Assembly: GCA_944386385.1 (NCBI GenBank)
Contig: CALXAV010000005.1
Location: forward strand, 1,914-65,913
Source of the DNA: an uncultured Clostridia bacterium
GTDB taxonomy: Bacteria > Bacillota > Clostridia > TANB77 > CAG-508
Reading direction: 5' to 3'
DNA length: 64,000 nt
Every line of letters begins with the position of its first letter. Within the stretch, counting starts at the first letter, position 1. A program made the position numbers and the translations under genes. The notes under the pieces were generated by a model. It was not told where the DNA came from. It did no database searches and saw only the letters and a list, made by a program, of their open reading frames with translations. Shown here one piece after another: positions 18,496 to 29,900 of the stretch.

Positions 18496-18924
18496 ATGAA
18501 CAAAGTTATTTTAATGGGAAGATTAACAAGGGATCCAGAAGTAAGATATACACAAACAAATAATACACTAGTTGCATCTTTTAGTTTAGCAGTAAATAGA
18601 AGATTTGTTAGACAAGGAGAAGAAAGACAAGCAGATTTTATAAATATTGTTGCTTGGAGCAAACTAGGAGAATTTTGTAGTAAATACTTTAAAAAAGGTC
18701 AACAAGTAGGAATAATCGGAAGAATTCAAACAAGAACTTGGGATGATGACCAAGGTGTAAAACATTATGTAACAGAAGTAGTTGCTGAAGAAGCATATTT
18801 TGCAGATAGCAAAAGAGAGCAAGAAGCAGGAAATTCTACTTTTGAAAATACATTTGGAAATACTGAACCAGGAAGTATGGGATCAGATTTTGAAATTTCT
18901 TCAAGTGATGACCTACCATTCTAA
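18496..18924 (+). CDS. ssb: Single-stranded DNA-binding protein
   Basis: [19 protein letters not shown]..., OB fold and acidic C-terminal tail DDLPF. Confidence 0.93.
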   Translation: MNKVILMGRLTRDPEVRYTQTNNTLVASFSLAVNRRFVRQGEERQADFINIVAWSKLGEFCSKYFKKGQQVGIIGRIQTRTWDDDQGVKHYVTEVVAEEAYFADSKREQEAGNSTFENTFGNTEPGSMGSDFEISSSDDLPF

Positions 18925-18947
18925 TAAGATTAGGGGGGAATAATAAA

Positions 18948-19223
18948 ATGGCAGATAAAAAACAAAATAAGAGAAATAAAAACTATGATGATGACTACAA
19001 TCCAAGATTTAGAAAACAAAGAAAGAAAGTATGTCTATTATGTAGTGATAAAAACTTCGTATTAGATTACAAAAATCCTGAACAATTAAGAAAATTTATT
19101 AATGATAAAGGAAAAATCTTACCAAGAAGAACAACAGGAGCTTGTAGTAAACATCAAAGAGACATAACAAAAGCAGTAAAAAGAGCAAGACATATTGCTT
19201 TATTACCATACACACAAAATTAA
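18948..19223 (+). CDS. rpsR: 30S ribosomal protein S18
   Basis: [60 protein letters not shown]. Confidence 0.93.
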   Translation: MADKKQNKRNKNYDDDYNPRFRKQRKKVCLLCSDKNFVLDYKNPEQLRKFINDKGKILPRRTTGACSKHQRDITKAVKRARHIALLPYTQN

Positions 19224-19239
19224 TTTTAAAATGAAATAG

Positions 19240-19279
19240 AAACGTTTATAATACTATTTATAAACGTTTTTAATTTTTC
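19240..19279 (+). terminator. Intrinsic terminator after rpsR
   Basis: 12-bp stem AAACGTTTATAA / TTATAAACGTTT followed by a T-rich tail. Confidence 0.75.
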
Positions 19280-19357
19280 CATAAGAAAGATTTTCCACTT
19301 TACATTTAAAATATCCTATGATATAATTTTTGCAAATAGACAAAAGAGGTGAAAAAT

Positions 19358-20314
19358 TTGAATCAAATATTAAGTGTAGAACCTCCAAAACCTAACAAAG
19401 AAAAGAAACAAAAGGTACGAAACAGTAGTAGTGGAGGAACAATAGAGATAGAGAAAATAGTTAGATTTTTTGCAATTGTATTAATAGTTTTTGGTTTGAT
19501 AATGGTAGGAAGTGGTTCTTATTCTATGTATCAAGAAGCACAAACAGGAAATAGCCAAGCAAAACCAACTATTTCAGTTCAAGAAGTTACAGAGACACAA
19601 TTAGAAGTAGAAGTAAGCCACAATACTCCATTACAAAGAGTAACATATAATTGGAATAGTGATGAACCAGTAGAATTAGATGCATCAGGAAAAAGAAGTG
19701 TAACAGAAACAATAGAAATCCCAAGTGGAGAAAATACATTGAATGTATATGCTATTGATGAAGAAGGAAAAGAAACAAATTATTCTAGATTATACACAAG
19801 ACAAGGTGATATAACTATAGATGATTTCACAGTAGAGGGAAGTAAGATAAAAATTACAGCAAGTGGAAAAAATCAACTTTCTTATATGACATATAGATGG
19901 GATGATGACGAAGAGCAAAGAATAGATATAAATGATATGTCAACAGAACAATTAATAGATATACCAATGGGACAACATACTTTAACAGTTTCAATTGTAG
20001 ATGTTAATAATACAATGGAAACAAAAGAGCAAGAAGTAAAAGGAGTTACAAAACCTACTGTAGAAGTTACGACTGATGGTTCAGCAAATTTCATAATTAA
20101 GGCTTCAGACGATGAGGGAATTACAAGAATAGAATTCATACTTAATGACACAGAAAAATCTGCAATTGATTTGAATAGAGTATATCCAGATGCTGAACAA
20201 AGAAAACAATTTGAATATCAATATCCAATACGAGATGGAGAAAATAGACTAGAAATAACAGTTTATAATGAAAGTGGAGTAAGTGAAACAGCCAAAGTTA
20301 TGGTAAATAAATAA
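19358..20314 (+). CDS. Membrane-anchored hypothetical protein with repeated beta-rich (Ig-like?) modules
   Basis: Long ORF with one N-terminal TM (FFAIVLIVFGLIMVGSG). Start is uncertain: TTG at 19358 after AAGAGGTG, or GTG at 19349. Confidence 0.6.
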   Translation: MNQILSVEPPKPNKEKKQKVRNSSSGGTIEIEKIVRFFAIVLIVFGLIMVGSGSYSMYQEAQTGNSQAKPTISVQEVTETQLEVEVSHNTPLQRVTYNWNSDEPVELDASGKRSVTETIEIPSGENTLNVYAIDEEGKETNYSRLYTRQGDITIDDFTVEGSKIKITASGKNQLSYMTYRWDDDEEQRIDINDMSTEQLIDIPMGQHTLTVSIVDVNNTMETKEQEVKGVTKPTVEVTTDGSANFIIKASDDEGITRIEFILNDTEKSAIDLNRVYPDAEQRKQFEYQYPIRDGENRLEITVYNESGVSETAKVMVNK

Positions 20315-20364
20315 GATAAAGCCTCCTACAATTTGTAGGAGGTTTTTAATTAATAGGGGGAGAG

Positions 20365-21165
20365 ATGGGAAAGCAATTATTTTGGTTATTAACATATTTC
20401 TTAATCTATTCATTTTTAGGGTGGGTTATGGAATCAATTTTTAGGTCAGTAATGGAAAAGAAAGTGATAAACACAGGTTTTCTAAAAGGGCCAATTTGTC
20501 CAATATATGGTTTTGGTGCAATGATAATGACCACAATATTAAGCAGATTTTCAAATAATATTGTTTTATTATTTGTCAGTTCTGTGATAGTATTAAGTTT
20601 TTGGGAATATATTGTAGGCGTTTTATTAGAAAAAATCTTTCATACAAAATATTGGGATTATTCTGACCACAAAATTAATTTTCAAGGAAGAATATGTTTA
20701 TCAAATTCATTATATTGGGGAATTCTAGGAGTAGTTTTTGTTAAATACATTCATCCATTCATGCAATACTTTATAGGAAAAATAAATATAGATTTACTAT
20801 ATTTTGTAGTAGGAATTTCAAGTTTAGTGTTTGTAGTTGATGTAATAACAAGTGTTGTTAAGGTTAAGAGCATAAAACCAGCATTAGAAAGAATAGAAGA
20901 ACTAAATAATGAAATAAAAGAAAAATTAAAGGAAATAACAAAAGAAACAGAGAAGAATACAGAAAAATTGGAAATAACTGAAAATATACAAAAAATAGTA
21001 GAAGATTTAAATGAGAAGAGAAATAAGTTGATCTTAAGACTATATAAGAACGTCTATAGATTAAAAAAGGCCTTTCCAGCTATAGATACTAAAGAAATAA
21101 GAGAAATTTTGAATAAAAAAATAGAATTAAAGAAAATAGTAAAAAACAATAAAAATAATAAATAA
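20365..21165 (+). CDS. Polytopic membrane protein (putative 'ABC-transporter type IV'/DUF1113-like) with a K/E-rich C-terminal tail
   Basis: N-terminus FLIYSFLGWVMESIF...GPICPIYGFGA resembles that family. Function unknown. Confidence 0.55.
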   Translation: MGKQLFWLLTYFLIYSFLGWVMESIFRSVMEKKVINTGFLKGPICPIYGFGAMIMTTILSRFSNNIVLLFVSSVIVLSFWEYIVGVLLEKIFHTKYWDYSDHKINFQGRICLSNSLYWGILGVVFVKYIHPFMQYFIGKINIDLLYFVVGISSLVFVVDVITSVVKVKSIKPALERIEELNNEIKEKLKEITKETEKNTEKLEITENIQKIVEDLNEKRNKLILRLYKNVYRLKKAFPAIDTKEIREILNKKIELKKIVKNNKNNK

Positions 21166-21236
21166 AAGAAAAAAAGCTTGAAAAACATAAACATATTTGT
21201 ATATAATAAGACTAAATAAAATAAAGGAGTAGTCAA

Positions 21237-22160
21237 ATGGTACAAGAAATATATATTATAGATGATGATGATTCTTCAATCGTGATTTTTAGAGAATTAT
21301 TTAGAAATGACCCAGAATATAGATTTATTAGTGTAAAGACAGAGCAAATAGATATAGCACTTAAAAATATTCCATCATTAATTGTAATAAATGAAGATGC
21401 AATAGATAGAGATGTTATAGATTTATGTAGAAAAATTAGAAAAGATGAGGATAACACAATAACTCCAGTAATTGTAGTATCATCTAAAAGAAGTAGAGAA
21501 CATAGAGTAAGAATACTTAGAGAGTCAGTAGAATATTTTATAAAGAAACCTGTAGATGAACAATATTTATATTATACTGTAAAGAATTTAAATAGACTTC
21601 TTTCAAGTAACAGAAGAGTAAGTCCGTTAACTGGACTTCCAGGAAATGTACAGATACATGCGGAATTAAAGAAGAGAATAGGAAGAGGAGAAGCCTTTTC
21701 AGTATTGTATTTAGATTTGGATAATTTTAAAGCATATAATGATGTGTATGGTTTCTTAAAAGGAGACCAAATAATAGAGTTTACAGCAGATACAATTGTA
21801 AATTCAGTTCATAGTGATGAATTAGAAAACACCTTTGTAGGACATATTGGAGGAGACGATTTTGTAGCAATTGTGCCAGGAACTAATTGTGAAAAATTAT
21901 GTCAAAACATAATAACTCTTTTTGATACAAATGTATTAAAATATTTTACAGAAGAAGATATTGAAAAGGGATATATAGAAGTGGCAAATAGGAAAGGAAT
22001 AATAGAACAATTTCCATTGACATCTTTATCAATAGGAGTTGTTGTAGCAGATAAAGGAAGATTCCATAACATACTAGAAATAGGAGAAGTAGGAGCACAA
22101 GTAAAACATGCAGCTAAATCAGTTATGGGAAGTAGTTATGCAATTGATAAAAGAAAATAA
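21237..22160 (+). CDS. Receiver-like domain plus GGDEF-family domain protein (motif reads GGDDF)
   Basis: IIDDDD...PVIVVSS...IKKP is a receiver-like fold. LTGLPGN...YLDLDNFKAYND...HIGGDDFVAIV is GGDEF-type. Confidence 0.8.
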   Translation: MVQEIYIIDDDDSSIVIFRELFRNDPEYRFISVKTEQIDIALKNIPSLIVINEDAIDRDVIDLCRKIRKDEDNTITPVIVVSSKRSREHRVRILRESVEYFIKKPVDEQYLYYTVKNLNRLLSSNRRVSPLTGLPGNVQIHAELKKRIGRGEAFSVLYLDLDNFKAYNDVYGFLKGDQIIEFTADTIVNSVHSDELENTFVGHIGGDDFVAIVPGTNCEKLCQNIITLFDTNVLKYFTEEDIEKGYIEVANRKGIIEQFPLTSLSIGVVVADKGRFHNILEIGEVGAQVKHAAKSVMGSSYAIDKRK

Positions 22161-22276
22161 TATAAATTACAATATAAATAAAAGATTTTAGTAAAACTAA
22201 AGTCTTTTTATTTTTGTGTTCTAAATTGAGGATAACCTTCATAAACTAATACAAGAAAAAGTTTAGGAGGTTTTTT

Positions 22277-23329
22277 ATGGACAAGGTTAATTTGTTAGAA
22301 AAAGTTGAGGAGTTGACATTATATACGGGGACATTCGGAAGAAAAAAGTGTACATGTTCTTGTATAGGGTGTACACAAGAGAGTTATGGAAGAAGGCATA
22401 AAGACTATCAAGGGACTTTAGAAAAAATAGATGTTATAATAAAAAAATTACCTAATCTAAAAAATGCATACATATTAGGAAATCCAGATGTTTCGGTAGA
22501 TACTGAATTTTGTAATAAGGCAGCAAAAGAGTTTATAAAAAATGGTAAAAAAGTAATGTTTTCAACATCAGGATATAATGGAATGGAAGTAATAAAAAAG
22601 TTAACAGAAGGAATAGAAAGTCAAAATATTAATTATATAAGCTATAGTGTAGATACTATGGACAATAAGAAATTACAATACTTAAAGGGAAGTAATAAAA
22701 TAAATTTAGATGAAATAAATGAAGCAATAAAATATTGTTTAAGCAAAGGAATAACAGTAAAAATACAACCAACTATATGGGAAATAAATCAAGATGATTA
22801 TAAAGATATAATTGAGTTTTATTCTAAACTTGGGATAGAATGGTTTACTTTTCATGCAGGAAGTTTTGAAGCTTTACAAGGAAGAGAAATTCCGTTAAAT
22901 CATGTAACTCCGAAAAAGTGGATGGAAATAGTAAAAGAAATAAACCGTTTAGCAATAAGGAAAAACTTAAAAATAAAAGCTCCTAAAATATTTTTAGATG
23001 ATGAAGAGTGGAAGACATACAAAGAGGAAAATAAAGTTTACTGTCAAAATGGAGGAAGAGGATTACAAATATGGATGCAAGAAGATGGATTAAAAGCTAC
23101 TTTTTGTCCTGTTTTATCAGAGGTTATGCCAGAGTTCACTTTTGACTTGGAAAATGAAGAACCTAAAATTGTAAATAACGAAAAGAATAATTGTATGGTT
23201 TGTAGTAAATGTTTAGATAATAAAGTAAAAGATATGTCAGTAAAAAAAGATGGAAGAGAATTTTTATTGAATAATAAAATGATACATAATGTATGTCGTT
23301 ACTATTCAGAAAAAAGAAGATATGGATAG
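22277..23329 (+). CDS. Radical SAM domain protein with a Cys-rich C-terminus
   Basis: CTCSCIGC contains CX3CX2C. Additional cysteines occur near the C-terminus (NNCMVCSKC...NVCRYY). Substrate unknown. Confidence 0.6.
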   Translation: MDKVNLLEKVEELTLYTGTFGRKKCTCSCIGCTQESYGRRHKDYQGTLEKIDVIIKKLPNLKNAYILGNPDVSVDTEFCNKAAKEFIKNGKKVMFSTSGYNGMEVIKKLTEGIESQNINYISYSVDTMDNKKLQYLKGSNKINLDEINEAIKYCLSKGITVKIQPTIWEINQDDYKDIIEFYSKLGIEWFTFHAGSFEALQGREIPLNHVTPKKWMEIVKEINRLAIRKNLKIKAPKIFLDDEEWKTYKEENKVYCQNGGRGLQIWMQEDGLKATFCPVLSEVMPEFTFDLENEEPKIVNNEKNNCMVCSKCLDNKVKDMSVKKDGREFLLNNKMIHNVCRYYSEKRRYG

Positions 23330-23338
23330 GAGAAAATT

Positions 23339-25036
23339 ATGGATAATACAAAAGATATAACTATAAAAGATATTGTTTATAGGGCAAAGATAAGAAATGG
23401 AAATATCGATAAAAACAAGATAATAAGAGCATATGAATATGCACTTAAAATGCATAAAGACCAAAAAAGAAAGTCAGGTGAACCCTATATAATACATCCT
23501 TTAAATGTAGCATATATTTTAGCAGGGCTGGGATTAGATACAACAACAATATGTGCTGCACTTCTTCATGATGTAGTTGAAGATACGGAAGCAACTTATG
23601 AAGATATAGAAGAAAGGTTTGGAGAAGATACAGCAACACTTGTAGAAGGAGTAACTAAACTAAGTAAATTGTTTAAAACTGTAGAAGAAGCAAAAGCAGA
23701 AAATTATAAAAAAATGTTTATTGCAATGGAAAAAGATATTAGGGTTATAATATTAAAATTAGCAGATAGGCTTCATAATGTGAGGACATTAGAATATTTA
23801 AGAAGAGATAGACAAATTGCAATTAGTAAAGAAACAATAGAACTATATGCTCCAATTGCACATAAACTTGGAATGTACGATATGAAAATAAAATTACAAG
23901 ATGGAGCTTTTAAATATTTATATCCAGAAGATTATGAAAAAGTAAAAAAAGAATTAGAAGAAAATCTAGATAAAAATAAAATTTTTTTAGAAAAAACAAA
24001 AAATAGAATAATATCAGAATTAAAAAGGCAGAGGATATTTGTAAAAGTAAAGATAGAAACTAAAAATTTATTTGATATATATAAAAAGATGAAAGAAAAA
24101 AATATTAATGTAAAAGAAATGAAGGATTTGTTTGTAATAAAAATAATAACAAGAGGAAAAGCAGAATGTTATAGGATATTAGGAATTTTGAATACCATAT
24201 ATTCCATAATTCCAGGTACTTTTAGAGATTACATAGCATCACCTAGAAAAAATATGTATCAGGCAATACATGAAATATTATTAGGAGAAAATGGAGTGGT
24301 ATTTGAGACAAAAATATGTAGTTATACAATGAATAAAATAGCAAAATATGGAATTACAAATTATTTTTCATATATGATGTATGATGAAGCTAAAAATAAA
24401 GAAGCAATGTTTGAAAATAATTTATCAGGGATAAGAGATAGTTTAGAATTAGGAAATTTAATTGAAAACCCAAAAGGCTTTTTAGAAACTTTAAAAGATG
24501 AAATTTTAGACGATGAAGTTTATATATTTTCACCTAAAGGTGATATAAAAGCTCTCCCCAAAGGTTCAACTGGAATTGATTTTGCGTATGGAATCCATCA
24601 AGAAATTGGAGATCATATAAAAAGATGCATAATAAATAGTATTCCAATGCCGTTTATAACTAAATTAAAAAATGGAGATATAGTGGAAATAGAAGTAGGA
24701 AAAAAAGAAACAAATTTTCAAGAGGAATGGATAAAAGAAGTAAAAACAGCAAAAGCAAAAACGTGTATGGTTAAATTATTAAACAAAAATAAACAAATAA
24801 AAAAGAAGAAAAAGACTTTTGAAATATTTGCAAAAGATAGAAAAAATCTTGCCCTAGAAATAACAAATGTATTTACTAAAAATAAAATAAATATAGAAAG
24901 TTTAGAAGCAGATGTAAATGATGAAAAAGCTAAAATAAAACTTACTGTGAAGTCAAAAAATAATATAGACTTAAAGAATATAATAGAAAAATTACAAAAA
25001 ATAGAAAATGTTAAAAAAGTAAGTATAGAGGAGTAA
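23339..25036 (+). CDS. rel: RelA/SpoT-homolog (p)ppGpp hydrolase/synthetase (short, 565 aa)
   Basis: HD domain (HKDQKRKSGEPYIIHPLNVA...LLHDVVEDT), a synthetase-like core, TGS (VYIFSPKGDIKALPKGSTGIDFAY) and an ACT-like C-terminus. Confidence 0.85.
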   Translation: MDNTKDITIKDIVYRAKIRNGNIDKNKIIRAYEYALKMHKDQKRKSGEPYIIHPLNVAYILAGLGLDTTTICAALLHDVVEDTEATYEDIEERFGEDTATLVEGVTKLSKLFKTVEEAKAENYKKMFIAMEKDIRVIILKLADRLHNVRTLEYLRRDRQIAISKETIELYAPIAHKLGMYDMKIKLQDGAFKYLYPEDYEKVKKELEENLDKNKIFLEKTKNRIISELKRQRIFVKVKIETKNLFDIYKKMKEKNINVKEMKDLFVIKIITRGKAECYRILGILNTIYSIIPGTFRDYIASPRKNMYQAIHEILLGENGVVFETKICSYTMNKIAKYGITNYFSYMMYDEAKNKEAMFENNLSGIRDSLELGNLIENPKGFLETLKDEILDDEVYIFSPKGDIKALPKGSTGIDFAYGIHQEIGDHIKRCIINSIPMPFITKLKNGDIVEIEVGKKETNFQEEWIKEVKTAKAKTCMVKLLNKNKQIKKKKKTFEIFAKDRKNLALEITNVFTKNKINIESLEADVNDEKAKIKLTVKSKNNIDLKNIIEKLQKIENVKKVSIEE

Positions 25037-25091
25037 TATAATAAAAAAATTAAAATATAAATAATAATAGATATTATTTAGGAGATAATGT

Positions 25092-25824
25092 ATGTTTGTA
25101 ATAAGTCAAAAAAGAATAAAAATTATCTTAGGATTTTTGTTAATTTCATTATTTACATTTTCTTGCGGTGTTATAAAAAATGAAAGTAATAATATAGTAA
25201 ATGAATCAGTTGAGACAACAGCAACACCAGTATCGGGAAAGACTGTTATATTAGATGCAGGACATCGGTACCCCAGATGAAGGGGCCGAAAGTAGTGATG
25301 GTGTAACAGAAGCGGAAACTAATTTAAAAATAACATTAAAAGTACAGAAACTATTAGAGCAAAGCGGTTGTGAAGTTATATTAACACGTTCTGATGATAA
25401 TGCTATTTATAATTTAGATAGTAAAACTTTAAGGCAGAAAAAAGTATCTGATATTAAGAACAGAGTAAAAATAGGAAATGAATCTTCAGCAGATATATTT
25501 GTTTCAATTCACTTAAATAAAATATCAGAGTCTCAGTATTATGGTTGGCAATGTTTCTATAATACTAAAAACGATAAAAGTATTGACTTAGCAAAAAGTA
25601 TACAAGAAGGTTTGAATAAATCAATAGAAAAGGAAAATAATAGAGTTGCAATGAAATTAAATAGTGTATATATAATGAAAAATGTTGAAATTCCAATATC
25701 TATTGTAGAATGTGGATTTTTATCAAATCCTGAAGAAGAAAAACAGCTTTTAGAAGATAGCTATCAAGAAAAATTAGCTTGGGGAATTTATAACGGAATA
25801 ATGGAATATTTTTTAGAATCTTAA
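25092..25824 (+). pseudogene. cwlD: CwlD-like N-acetylmuramoyl-L-alanine amidase (Amidase_3), apparent +1 frameshift at ~25266
   Basis: Frame A ends ...VILDAGHRYPR*. Frame B continues GTPDEGAESSDGVTEAETNL...DIFVSIHLN...ECGFLSN. Removing one base restores LDAGHGTPDEGA. Confidence 0.75.
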
Positions 25825-25914
25825 GCAAAATAAGTGTGAAAATGCACGAATTTTGCTTTTTTTTAGTAAAAGTGGTATAATAGAAGTGTAGTAAATGCAA
25901 AGGAGGAAACTTTT

Positions 25915-26919
25915 ATGGGAGAGTATTTTGATAGAAGAAGAAGTGAATTTAATAGTAGAATAAGAAATGTACCATTAGCAAATCCAAAAAGAGAAAGACC
26001 AGTACAATTATCAGATGGGAGAATAGTATACACAACCATGTCAAAAGAAGACGCAGAACAATTCTTTTGGGAAATGGAAAATATTGTTTTTAAAGGACAC
26101 GAAGAAAGAGTTGCTGAAATGGAAAGAAGAGGCATAAGTTATTTGAAAAGAGGAGATATACCACAAACTACAAGAAGATATACTAACCCTGGGAAGACTA
26201 GAGTAGGAAAAACTTTAAAGACCCTATTTAAAGTTTTTGGAACAGCAGCTGTTATTGGAGCTTTAGCTTTTGCTATAAATAAAGGGCAGGAAGATTTTTA
26301 CAAAACATTACCAGAAAATCAACCAATAACTATGGAACAAGCAATTGGTAATGGTATAACATTAGAAGAAATGTCAATAACTCAAGAAACAGAGGATAAA
26401 ATAGTAGCGATACAAGATAGATTAAATAGTGAAGATATTGGAAATATAGGAGATACCCAATTAATTGAATTAGGTAAAGAAATAGATGACATTCAATTAA
26501 ATAAAATATTTAAAACGAAAGTAGCAGATGCATTAGGCATAAATCCTGAACAAATATCAGTATATTATAAAGCTGCTTCAGGCTCAAACGAATATAATTC
26601 ACAAGAAAGTTTTGCTATGGACATAAAAGATGATGAAGGTAAAGTGACATCTAGTTATGGTCAAGAAAATATGTCAGAGGAAATAAGAAAATATATAAGA
26701 AATATATCAGATATACAAAGCTTAGTTACAAGCATGGAGAATTCAGGAGATATTAGTAGATATTCAACAATAGGAGAATATAAAAGTGCAATGGAAGAAA
26801 CTTCTAAATTTGTAGCAGGAAAAATAAAATTTGATGGAAAAGATTTTACATTAGAACAACAAACACAAAAAGATATAGATGGCTCTTTAGAAATAGCAGA
26901 TGATGGAGAAGAAAGATAA
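25915..26919 (+). CDS. Hypothetical membrane-anchored protein
   Basis: RBS AAGGAGG, one TM (FGTAAVIGALAFAI). No family recognised. Confidence 0.6.
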   Translation: MGEYFDRRRSEFNSRIRNVPLANPKRERPVQLSDGRIVYTTMSKEDAEQFFWEMENIVFKGHEERVAEMERRGISYLKRGDIPQTTRRYTNPGKTRVGKTLKTLFKVFGTAAVIGALAFAINKGQEDFYKTLPENQPITMEQAIGNGITLEEMSITQETEDKIVAIQDRLNSEDIGNIGDTQLIELGKEIDDIQLNKIFKTKVADALGINPEQISVYYKAASGSNEYNSQESFAMDIKDDEGKVTSSYGQENMSEEIRKYIRNISDIQSLVTSMENSGDISRYSTIGEYKSAMEETSKFVAGKIKFDGKDFTLEQQTQKDIDGSLEIADDGEER

Positions 26920-26993
26920 TTTAATAAATGTATAAAATTACCACTCTTTGCAAACAATATGTGTAAAACATATTAGCAAGGAGTGGAATTTTT

Positions 26994-29900
26994 TTGAAAG
27001 TAAATAAGATATTAAAAATAGATGGAACACCACTAGATAAAACGCAGTTAGAAAATCATTTACAAAAAATTGCATCTTCACATAATTTAATAGGAAAATC
27101 AGCAAAAAATACTTATCCTGTACCACATTTATTAGAAAGTTTTAAAGTAATACAAGAAGTTTATAATTTATTAAATGAACATCTAAAATTAGGTATAAGT
27201 ATACACCCAGCTGGAGAATGGCTTTTAGATAATTTATATGTTATTGAAGAATGTGTGAAACAAATTGAGAAAGAACTAACTTTAAAGAGATATACAAGTT
27301 TTTTAGGGATTGCAAATGGTAAATATCAAGGTTTTGCAAGGATATATGTTTTAGCATCTGAAATAGTAGCTTATACAGATAATAGAATAGAAAGAAAAGA
27401 CTTAGAAAGCTATCTTGCAAGTTATCAAACTAAAAAGACACTAAGTATGGAAGAAATATGGAATATTGGAATGTTTCTTGAAATTGCAATAATCGAAAAT
27501 ATTAGAGAAGTTTGTGAAAAGATTTATATATCACAGATGGAAAAATATAAAGCAGAAAACATAGTAGAAAGATTAGTAGAAAATAAATCAAAACAGGAGC
27601 AAGTATTTAAAAATAATACTTTTAAAAAAGTAGAAAAAAATGTGTTAAATGATATGCAATATTCATTTGTGGAATATATGTCATATATATTAAAAAGATA
27701 TGGTAAAAAAGGGTATAGTTATTTAAAAGCATTAGAAGAAACAATTGAACTTACAGGAACAACTGTATCAGAAATAATAAAAAAAGAACATTTTGATATT
27801 GCTGTAAGAAAAGTATCAATAGGAAATAGTATTACAAGCATAAAAAAAATACAGAGAATCAATTTCCTAGAAATATTCGAGAAAATAAATGGAGTAGAAG
27901 AGTTATTAAAAAAAGACCCAAGTCATATATATGAAAAAATGGATAGTAAAACAAAAGAATATTATAGAAATAAGATAAAAGAAATATCTAAAAAAACAAA
28001 AATATCAGAGATATATATAACAAGGAAGTTACTAGAAATATCAAGTAAAAATGAAGGAAAAGGAAAGAAAAGCCATATAGGGTATTACTTAATAGATGAA
28101 GGAATAGAAGAATTATATAATATCTTAGGTTATAAAAAGAAAAGTTCTATTAACGTAAAAGAAAAAGTAAAAATCTATATTACTTTGGTATTAGTATTTA
28201 GTTTAGTACTTTCTTTTTATTTAGCAAATATGTTAAATAATAATATAAATAGTTGGGCTATATTAATAATTTCTTGGATGTTATTTTTTATACCAGCTTC
28301 GGAAATTGTAAATCAAGTAATATCATATGTATTAAGTAAAGTTGTTAAACCAAAGTTAATTCCTAAATTAGATTTTTCTAAAGGAATTGATAAAGAAAAT
28401 AGTACAATGGTAGTTATACCAACCATAGTAAACTCAAAAGAAAAAGTAAAAGAGTTAATTGAAAAATTAGAGGTATTTTACTTAGCTAATAAATCAGATA
28501 ATATATATTTTTGCTTACTTGGGGACTGTACTGAAAGTGACAAAAAAGAAGAAAGTTTTGATTTAGATGTGATAGAAGAAGGAAAAAAGGATATAGAAAT
28601 CTCAAATAGAAAATATGAAAGTAATAGCAAAATACCTATATTTAACTTTATATATAGAAAAAGAGAATGGAATGAAAAAGAAGGTTCATATCTAGGCTGG
28701 GAAAGAAAAAGGGGAATGCTATCTCAATTTAATGAATATTTGCTTGGAAATATAAGTAATCCATTTAGAGAAAATACAATTGAAAATTATGAAAACAGAG
28801 AAGAGATAAAAGAAGAATTAAAAAGTATTAAATATATAATAACATTAGATGCAGATACAGATTTAATATTAGACTCAGCTTTTGGACTAGTTGGTGCTAT
28901 GGCTCATATCTTAAATAGACCGGAAATTAATAAGAAAACAAATATTGTGACAGCAGGATATGGGATTATGCAACCAAGAGTAGGAATAAATTTAGAGGTA
29001 AGTAATTATAATCTATTTACAAAAATATTTGCAGGAGCAGGAGGAATAGACTCATATACAAATGCAATTTCAGATTTATATCAAGATAATTTTAAAGAAG
29101 GAATTTTCACAGGAAAAGGAATTTATGATTTAAAAGTATATTCTAAAGTATTAAAAGACCAGATACCTGAAAATACAGTTTTAAGCCATGATTTATTAGA
29201 AGGTTGTTATTTAAGGTGTGGACTGGTTTCGGATATAATGTTAATGGATGGGTATCCAACAAAATATAATAGTTTTATGAATAGATTATCTAGATGGATA
29301 AGAGGAGATGTTCAAATTGTAAAATGGATATCTTCGAAAAGACATCTAAATATATTATCTAGATATAAAATTTTAGATAATATAAGAAGAAGCTTATTAG
29401 AAATAAGTATAGTACTATCAGGAATTTTTACAATGATAATTGGAAAGATTTATAATAAAAGCGTTTATGCTATACTTATAGGATTACTTGTTGTTGCTAT
29501 AATTCCGTTTATATTAGAATTTTTAAATTATATAGTCTTTAAGAAAAATGGTGAGAAGAAGCAGAAAACATTTACACCCAAAATATCAGGAATAAAAGGT
29601 GGCTTGATAAGAGGAATATTAACTTTAGGATGTTTACCATATAAAGCATATATATCGTTAAAATCCATACTTACAAGCATATATAGAATTATTTTTAGTC
29701 ATAAACATTTATTAGAATGGACAACATCAGAGGAAGCGGAAAAACAAGCAAAGGAAGATTTATTTTCATATATAAGACAAATGATTGTGAATATTGTCTT
29801 AGGTTTTATTTGTATATTTAGTGGAAATATATTTGTAATTTGCCTTGGACTTTTATGGATAATGACACCTGTTTTTATGTGGTATATAAGTAGAAAGAAA

